Positions 58,390 through 64,000 of a DNA stretch of 64,000 nucleotides are shown here, in pieces. Within the stretch, counting starts at the first letter, position 1. Each line of letters begins with the position of its first letter. Location of the stretch: the IMG/VR virus record IMGVR_UViG_3300021137_000001, positions 1 through 64,000 of that record. One strand, 5' to 3'. The notes under the pieces are model-generated. The model was not told the DNA's origin. It did not search any database and saw nothing but the letters and a program-made list of their open reading frames with translations. A program made the position numbers and the translations under genes.

Positions 58390-59067
58390 TCGTTTTAATT
58401 CGGCAACTTTTCTGGCAGCATCTCCTAATTTTCTTTTATGCTCTTCTGTTCTAACAGGTTTTGGTTTTCTTAATTTAGCCTTTCGTTCTTCGGATAATGG
58501 TATTCCCTTCAACTTCGATACTTTGCCTGTTTGTGAGATTGATTTCTTCCGTTTGGTTTCTTCTGAATCGGGTATTCTGTGTTTGTGTGCTTCGCTCATT
58601 TTTAATTTAGTTTCGAGTGAATGTTTCTTTCGTGCGATACCTTTTTGTGCATTGGAAATTTTTTGTCGTGTTTCTGCAGAACACACACGCTTTGTTAATT
58701 GTTGGGTTACCAAATTTGATCTTTCTATTCTTAAATTTTCATACACCCTGCTAGTGATGTTAGTGGTATATCTAGGTTGAGTAACAGACATTCGCTTCAT
58801 TGAAAACAACGCAAAAATCATCGATGTTCGACCTGGGCCAGTGGTAATTTTACTTAATAACCAATGACAAATAAAATGTTCTCTTGCTGTTAATTTAACT
58901 AAATTACCTAATTCGTTGCTTCCTAATAAAGAACGAGGAATAATATGATGAGTTTCGTAATATACATACTCGGGATTACTTTTTTTTAATTTTTTTCGAT
59001 TCTGTGATTTTGCGGTATTGATTATATTATAATACCAGATAGTGTATTTGTTATTAATAAATAACAT
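58378..59067 (-). CDS. HNH homing endonuclease with NUMOD3-like repeats (paralogue of 8528..9241)
   Basis: ETHHIIPRS...NLVKLTAREHFICH; KHSLETKLKMS. Confidence 0.8.
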   Translation of the reverse strand: MLFINNKYTIWYYNIINTAKSQNRKKLKKSNPEYVYYETHHIIPRSLLGSNELGNLVKLTAREHFICHWLLSKITTGPGRTSMIFALFSMKRMSVTQPRYTTNITSRVYENLRIERSNLVTQQLTKRVCSAETRQKISNAQKGIARKKHSLETKLKMSEAHKHRIPDSEETKRKKSISQTGKVSKLKGIPLSEERKAKLRKPKPVRTEEHKRKLGDAARKVAELKRLQH

Positions 59068-59137
59068 AGCTGTAACTCCTAAATAGTTATAGAGTAGTTG
59101 GATATGTCTAGTATCGTGAACTACATTAATATTTATC
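59068..59137 (-). promoter_or_regulatory. Late promoter plus a structured two-hairpin 5' leader of the HNH gene
   Basis: TAAATA; GTAGTT/AACTAC with inner GATA/TATC; CTATAACT/AGTTACAG covering AGGAG. Confidence 0.55.
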
Positions 59138-59511
59138 TATTGAACACGTCTTACCAACGTGATGGAACGGCGCTTACTGCGCTTTGCTGCAATTTCTCTT
59201 AGACTTACGTACGGCCCGTGTTGTATTACGACATCTTTACTGTTGAATGTTTTTAAACAAACTCTAAACTCTACCCAATCCTGCTTTAAAAATACGTTAA
59301 TAGGTATAAGTCTATTACTCTCCCACCACCACTGATCTGCCATAGCTAAAAACACTGTTTTCTGCTCCAATGTTCGTAGTGCAGCGAAGTCATATATAGT
59401 GGTGATGAATTCATCTGCGTTCTGAACCACGCCAATATATTCATTACCACCATACGTTAAGAACGACATGAAAGGGTATTGATCTAATAAAATCTTGTGA
59501 CTGTCTTCCAT
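59137..59511 (-). CDS. Hypothetical protein (MEDSHK...)
   Basis: ORF with YPF, YIG and WWWESNRLIPI motifs. Confidence 0.6.
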   Translation of the reverse strand: MEDSHKILLDQYPFMSFLTYGGNEYIGVVQNADEFITTIYDFAALRTLEQKTVFLAMADQWWWESNRLIPINVFLKQDWVEFRVCLKTFNSKDVVIQHGPYVSLREIAAKRSKRRSITLVRRVQ

Positions 59512-59549
59512 TGGATTCCGTATAAATATGTGATAAGGGATAAAACATA

Positions 59550-60044
59550 GTGCCACTCATTACTTCATATTTATACGAGAATATTATCGAGGTTCAGATT
59601 CTGGACACAAATCCCACAATTAAAACAAGGAATAATGTCGTGTATAGCAGACCAATCAAAATTTACCAAGGAATAGATAATCCTGTTCAAGTTCATATTA
59701 AGAATCAAGATCAAAAATCAGTAAATTTGACGGGCTATGCAGTACAAATAGACATACAAGATCCATTAGTACAAGGGTCGATGGAAAGTTTAGCTGTAGA
59801 CATGACAGACATAACAACAGGACAAGGTACGGTAATTATTACACGTGATGTTGTAAACTCGTTAGATCAACGATACTATAAACTAACTATTAAATTAATT
59901 AAACAAAGTAATAATGCAGAACGCCCGTTGTATATTGACAGCAACTTTGGCGCACTGTTAGATTTAGAAGTATTACCGGGTTGGTATGAAAGCATGCCAC
60001 TCACATTAAACTCAGATGAAGTAATTGACGGTGGAACAATATAA
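59550..60044 (+). CDS. Hypothetical virion protein (possibly baseplate/fibre adaptor)
   Basis: TATAAATA at 59521; GTG start; coupled to the fibre gene. Confidence 0.5.
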   Translation: MPLITSYLYENIIEVQILDTNPTIKTRNNVVYSRPIKIYQGIDNPVQVHIKNQDQKSVNLTGYAVQIDIQDPLVQGSMESLAVDMTDITTGQGTVIITRDVVNSLDQRYYKLTIKLIKQSNNAERPLYIDSNFGALLDLEVLPGWYESMPLTLNSDEVIDGGTI

Positions 60045-63000
60045 TGACAATATCATATAGCAAACAAGTATTATTAAAAAGAGGCAATACTGCGGTATCG
60101 AGTACATATCTTGGACCGCTGGGTGAGTTAGTATTAGATACTGATACATTAAATGTATATGTACACGATGGCGTAACTGTAGGTGGTACATTAATAGGTA
60201 CGGGCACAGGCGGTACTGGTGGCAGCATTTATGGTGACGCTAATGTTGCGGCTTATTTGACAAGTATCGGATATAACCCATACGGTGATTCAAATGTTGC
60301 TACGTATCTAGGTGCGTTTGATGGTAACATCGTTCCATCGGCAAATAATGTTTATAGTTTAGGTAGTATTGATAGTCAATGGAAGGATTTGTTTGTTAGT
60401 AATAACACCATTTACATCAATGGTGTGCCATTAACGTTGGGCGCAGATAATACTTCATTGAGTATTAACGGACAACCCATATTAAGCAACGGTAGTATTA
60501 GTAGTTTTAGTACAACAGGTAATATCGCAGCCAGCAACTTCTTTATAACTGATGGTGTTCCCTTAACAGGCAACATAGCATTTGCTGGTGATCAAATTAT
60601 TAATTCAGCTGGAAATGATATCCGTATTGTTGCCAATAACAATACGTGGGCATTTGGCACAGATGGAGTAATTACGTTCCCAGACAACACAGTACAAACT
60701 ACAGCATATCCGGGAGATGGTGCAATCGACACACATAGCTGGGTTAACAAATTATCATATCCTGTTAATTCATCTATTAATCCAATAGCAGTAACATCTA
60801 CAGAATATGACAGTCAAGGTAATATTATTGCGCTAGTACTTAATTATTCAAATGGACCAGATTTTGTCACTGTTATGAAGTTTGATCAATACGGGTCATT
60901 AATCGGGCAAGTTAACTATGCTGATACTTTTAATATTGATGGCTGGGGACTGGCAGTTGATCTAAATGACGATAGTATATACATTACCGGTTCCACTGCC
61001 GGCGTACTTGATACTGAGATATTTATTACTAAATTAACTAGCGAACTGGTGGCAGTATGGACAAATACTTACGGCACACCACAAGACGATAATGGGTATG
61101 TTATTGACGTAGCATCGGATGGCAACCCAGTTATAGTTGGTATATCATCAGTTACTGCTATTACTATATTAAAAGTTGCTAGTGCAGATGGAGCAGTTAT
61201 CTGGCAACAAGAATTAATTGCGGCTACAGGCAGTTCTCAAGCATACGGAATGGGAGTAGGCCCAAGTGGCGAGATTGTTGCGGTTGGCAATAGATATGAC
61301 GTTGGTGATTCTACTAATCGTCAATTAGTTGTAAAATATGATAGTACTGGCGCAATACAGTGGCAAAAAGAATTATTAATGGATGCTGGCTTTGAGTGTC
61401 GTGGTGCTGATGCAGATATAGATAGTAGCGGAAATATTTACGTACTTGGTACTTACGATTGGGCCAGTGGTACCGGTCTTAGCGTAACGCAACTTAACAG
61501 TTCAGGAGTGGCACAATGGACACGTAAAGTACAAGGACCGTGTAATGAGCTTGCATCTAGTATAGTATGCGGCCAAGATGGTTTCTTATACTTAGAAGCG
61601 ACATCAGGAACTGCTATTACTGGCCCTGATATAAGACTTGATAAATTAATAGCCAAATATGATACAAGTGGTGCAGTTATATGGCAACGTAAATTTTCAT
61701 CGGCAGTTAATTGGCAAGTAGATTTTAATTTCTTCACTAATGGTATTGCTGGCGGCAGCTTGTTAGCAGTTAGAAATGGTTTATTTGCCGTGGGTGGATT
61801 ACAAACTCCTCCTTATTTCGGCGGTGGCCCATCACAGTGGAACGGTCTAGTATTTCAAACTGCTACAAGTGGGGTTGAAGTCACTATGGGAGAATATACA
61901 TTTGCAGCAAGTAACTTATCTGGTATATTAACTACACCGTTTAATACTGCTGATGCTGGATTAGTAACTCAGACAGGTAACTTATCTCAATTTAACACAT
62001 ACGCAATCACATTATCGTCGGGCAGTGTTACTTCGACACATACCGGTACTGAGAATCTTGGTAATTTTATATTCTTTAAAGATACTGTTAGAGTTGATAA
62101 TGGAATGACAGTAATTACCAACCGTGGAACATTAAATATCGGTACTAATATGGAAATGCCCGGCGTTCCACAACATTTTCATATTGCCTTTGATGGTAGT
62201 AATGGCACAGCCCCAACCAGTGACTTATTCTTAGGAGATGATTGGAATTATACAAAAATACCAGCAGGACGTAATGGAGTTATTATTGGTGCTGGTAACT
62301 TAGGTGGCAACGCACAACAATGGAACTTTGGTATCGATGGCAATTTAACATTGCCTAACTCTGCTACCATTTCTGACCTTAAGGGTGGAGCAACAGCATT
62401 TAGTTCTATAGGCGGCGTACAAATTAACACAGCAGCAGGTACTTGGCAATTTGGTGGTGATGGCAGTTTAACATTACCGGGTGGTGGTACAATCACTTCT
62501 GCTCTTGGCTCGCCACAACAAGGACTTTGGTTAGGATGGAATGGACATAAATTATTACTGAACGATGACGGTCAATTTTGGACGGGCGGGGTTCAGCTAG
62601 GCGGTAGTGGACACCCAGGTTATGTTGGGTCATATGGCAACATAACGCTAGATACCAATATTGGTGCTACTCCCGGCGATTCAAAATGGGTCTTTGGAAC
62701 AGATGGTTTGCTAACATTCCCAGATGGACAACTAATTGGATCTCTAGAAGGCTCTGCTGGTATCTTTGGTCCAAACGGAACAGATTTTTTAATCAATACT
62801 CGCTTTGATAACACAGGTTCTTATCAGGCGTGGACATTTGGCACCAATGGTATATTAACATTACCATTTGGTAGCACTATCAATGATACACCGTTAGCCC
62901 CAGGTGCAGGCGGTAATGGCCAGGCTGTTGAGATCAAACCAGGCCGCGTCAGCCATAATAATCAACTATTAAGAATATATCCCACAGCTCCTAATCCAGA

Positions 63001-63904
63001 CGGCAATCACCTACACTTAACTTCAGGCGATCTCACAGACACTGATTTGTTCCTAGGCGATGACAATCAGTTTGTACAAATTGCTGTTGACGGTAAAGTT
63101 TGTATTGGTACTTATGGTACTGAAGGACATTTCTGGCAGTTTGGCACAGATGGTACAACTTCATTTCCTAACAATGCTATTACCACATCTAATACACCAT
63201 TAACAATACAAACTAAATTACCTGCTACATATGGTCCGTTTTACACAGCGTATTTTGAAAGTGGCAATGGCAGTGTAAACGGTGTTCATCCGGGAACTTA
63301 TGCTGGATATTTTAGTATTACTACTGTCAATATTAACAACGATGGAACATATTCAGTTAGTGGTTACCCAGCATCTATACAGAACGGAACTAATCCAACT
63401 TATACAATATCGGGTGTAGACTTAGGCGGTACTTCCCCTGCCAACGACTGCCTATTAACTGTTACCACAGTCGATGACATTATTACAAATGTAGTAGTAT
63501 CCGGTACTGCGCTTTTACCTAAATGGACCTTTGGCACAGATGGTTCGTTGACATTACCTGGTGCAATTATTACAACTGCAAACACTTCATCATATACCAG
63601 TACAACGGTTACTGTTGATATTACTGCATTAGTTAATAAATTAGTACCACAAGCAACAACAGGTGCCCCACATTATTATATTCCTCCAGGAACTGATGGA
63701 CAAATTATGTATCTTGTTCCGGCAAATATACATAATGACGGCAGTGAATCAACAACGATAAGTTTTGATAATGCTCGTTGGTCAAGTGGCGCAGGTCCAA
63801 TTTATATTAGTGAAGGCGCAAGGCCAAGTTGGCTTCCATTTGCAGCCGGTTCTGCTGTTGTAACAATCATATTCGCTAATGGTGCATGGAATCTTCCATA
63901 CTAG
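60044..63904 (+). CDS. Tail fibre/receptor-binding protein with Mtd_N-like N-terminus, propeller-like repeats and WxFGxDG modules
   Basis: LLKRG...GELVLDTD...VHDG; KYDSTG.IQWQ repeats; seven WxFG(T/I/G)(D/N)G motifs. Confidence 0.7.
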   Translation: MTISYSKQVLLKRGNTAVSSTYLGPLGELVLDTDTLNVYVHDGVTVGGTLIGTGTGGTGGSIYGDANVAAYLTSIGYNPYGDSNVATYLGAFDGNIVPSANNVYSLGSIDSQWKDLFVSNNTIYINGVPLTLGADNTSLSINGQPILSNGSISSFSTTGNIAASNFFITDGVPLTGNIAFAGDQIINSAGNDIRIVANNNTWAFGTDGVITFPDNTVQTTAYPGDGAIDTHSWVNKLSYPVNSSINPIAVTSTEYDSQGNIIALVLNYSNGPDFVTVMKFDQYGSLIGQVNYADTFNIDGWGLAVDLNDDSIYITGSTAGVLDTEIFITKLTSELVAVWTNTYGTPQDDNGYVIDVASDGNPVIVGISSVTAITILKVASADGAVIWQQELIAATGSSQAYGMGVGPSGEIVAVGNRYDVGDSTNRQLVVKYDSTGAIQWQKELLMDAGFECRGADADIDSSGNIYVLGTYDWASGTGLSVTQLNSSGVAQWTRKVQGPCNELASSIVCGQDGFLYLEATSGTAITGPDIRLDKLIAKYDTSGAVIWQRKFSSAVNWQVDFNFFTNGIAGGSLLAVRNGLFAVGGLQTPPYFGGGPSQWNGLVFQTATSGVEVTMGEYTFAASNLSGILTTPFNTADAGLVTQTGNLSQFNTYAITLSSGSVTSTHTGTENLGNFIFFKDTVRVDNGMTVITNRGTLNIGTNMEMPGVPQHFHIAFDGSNGTAPTSDLFLGDDWNYTKIPAGRNGVIIGAGNLGGNAQQWNFGIDGNLTLPNSATISDLKGGATAFSSIGGVQINTAAGTWQFGGDGSLTLPGGGTITSALGSPQQGLWLGWNGHKLLLNDDGQFWTGGVQLGGSGHPGYVGSYGNITLDTNIGATPGDSKWVFGTDGLLTFPDGQLIGSLEGSAGIFGPNGTDFLINTRFDNTGSYQAWTFGTNGILTLPFGSTINDTPLAPGAGGNGQAVEIKPGRVSHNNQLLRIYPTAPNPDGNHLHLTSGDLTDTDLFLGDDNQFVQIAVDGKVCIGTYGTEGHFWQFGTDGTTSFPNNAITTSNTPLTIQTKLPATYGPFYTAYFESGNGSVNGVHPGTYAGYFSITTVNINNDGTYSVSGYPASIQNGTNPTYTISGVDLGGTSPANDCLLTVTTVDDIITNVVVSGTALLPKWTFGTDGSLTLPGAIITTANTSSYTSTTVTVDITALVNKLVPQATTGAPHYYIPPGTDGQIMYLVPANIHNDGSESTTISFDNARWSSGAGPIYISEGARPSWLPFAAGSAVVTIIFANGAWNLPY

Positions 63905-63910
63905 AACGTG

Positions 63911-64000
63911 ATGCAACTATTTTTATATACCTTAATCGTAACACACATTACAATAGTGTGTGTTACGCTTTATCTACACCGTTGCCAAAGTCATAAAGGT
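63911..64000 (+). CDS. Fatty-acid (delta-9-type) desaturase, 3' truncated by the window
   Basis: Hydrophobic N-terminus then HITIVCVTLYLHRCQSH (first His box HRxxxH). Confidence 0.6.
   Translation, partial: MQLFLYTLIVTHITIVCVTLYLHRCQSHKG

Noticed and set aside
501-63585. Many 60-170 aa ORFs antisense to, or nested in, long genes (e.g. 12197..12484, 21620..22120, 33031..33852, 51767..52225)
   Set aside because: They shadow well-supported genes on the other strand or frame, lack RBS and motifs, and reflect codon bias
60044-63904. Diversity-generating retroelement targeting the Mtd_N-type fibre
   Set aside because: No reverse transcriptase and no adenine-specific TR/VR repeat pair were seen in the window
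1-64000. tRNA genes, CRISPR arrays, IS elements
   Set aside because: Intergenic spaces are short and explained by promoters and terminators; no cloverleaf, repeat-spacer array or transposase was recognised by eye (tRNAscan-SE not run)

Overview
The window is a 64 kb, AT-rich segment of a large T4-like myophage (jumbo-phage-like gene set). No host genes, tRNAs or CRISPR arrays were seen. It contains (i) a neck/tail/head block (gp13/14/15-like, tail sheath, tail tube, gp4-like, putative small and large terminase, acidic head proteins), (ii) a recombination/replication block (gp32-like SSB, UvsX, UvsY, UvsW, a clamp-loader-like subunit and a 195-aa DnaE-like protein), (iii) an NDP-sugar/methyltransferase/glycosyltransferase-like cluster, (iv) a late-promoter four-gene operon with an amidinotransferase and an aminoacyl-transferase-like gene, (v) sigma70-type early genes and (vi) tail-fibre genes plus the start of a fatty-acid desaturase. 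The main finding is two essential genes, terL and uvsW, each fractured into two ORFs that carry halves of a naturally split intein, with a free-standing PD-(D/E)xK endonuclease between the halves. The two inteins are split at different sites, both end in Ser-Asn rather than His-Asn, and in both the fracturing stop codon is part of the late-promoter motif TAAATA. Other signals are probable leaderless transcripts, an RBS-hiding hairpin with the late promoter in its loop, two probable AUU starts, and accessory genes flanked by imperfect duplications of core-gene junctions. Family assignments come from motif recognition only; no database searches were run.
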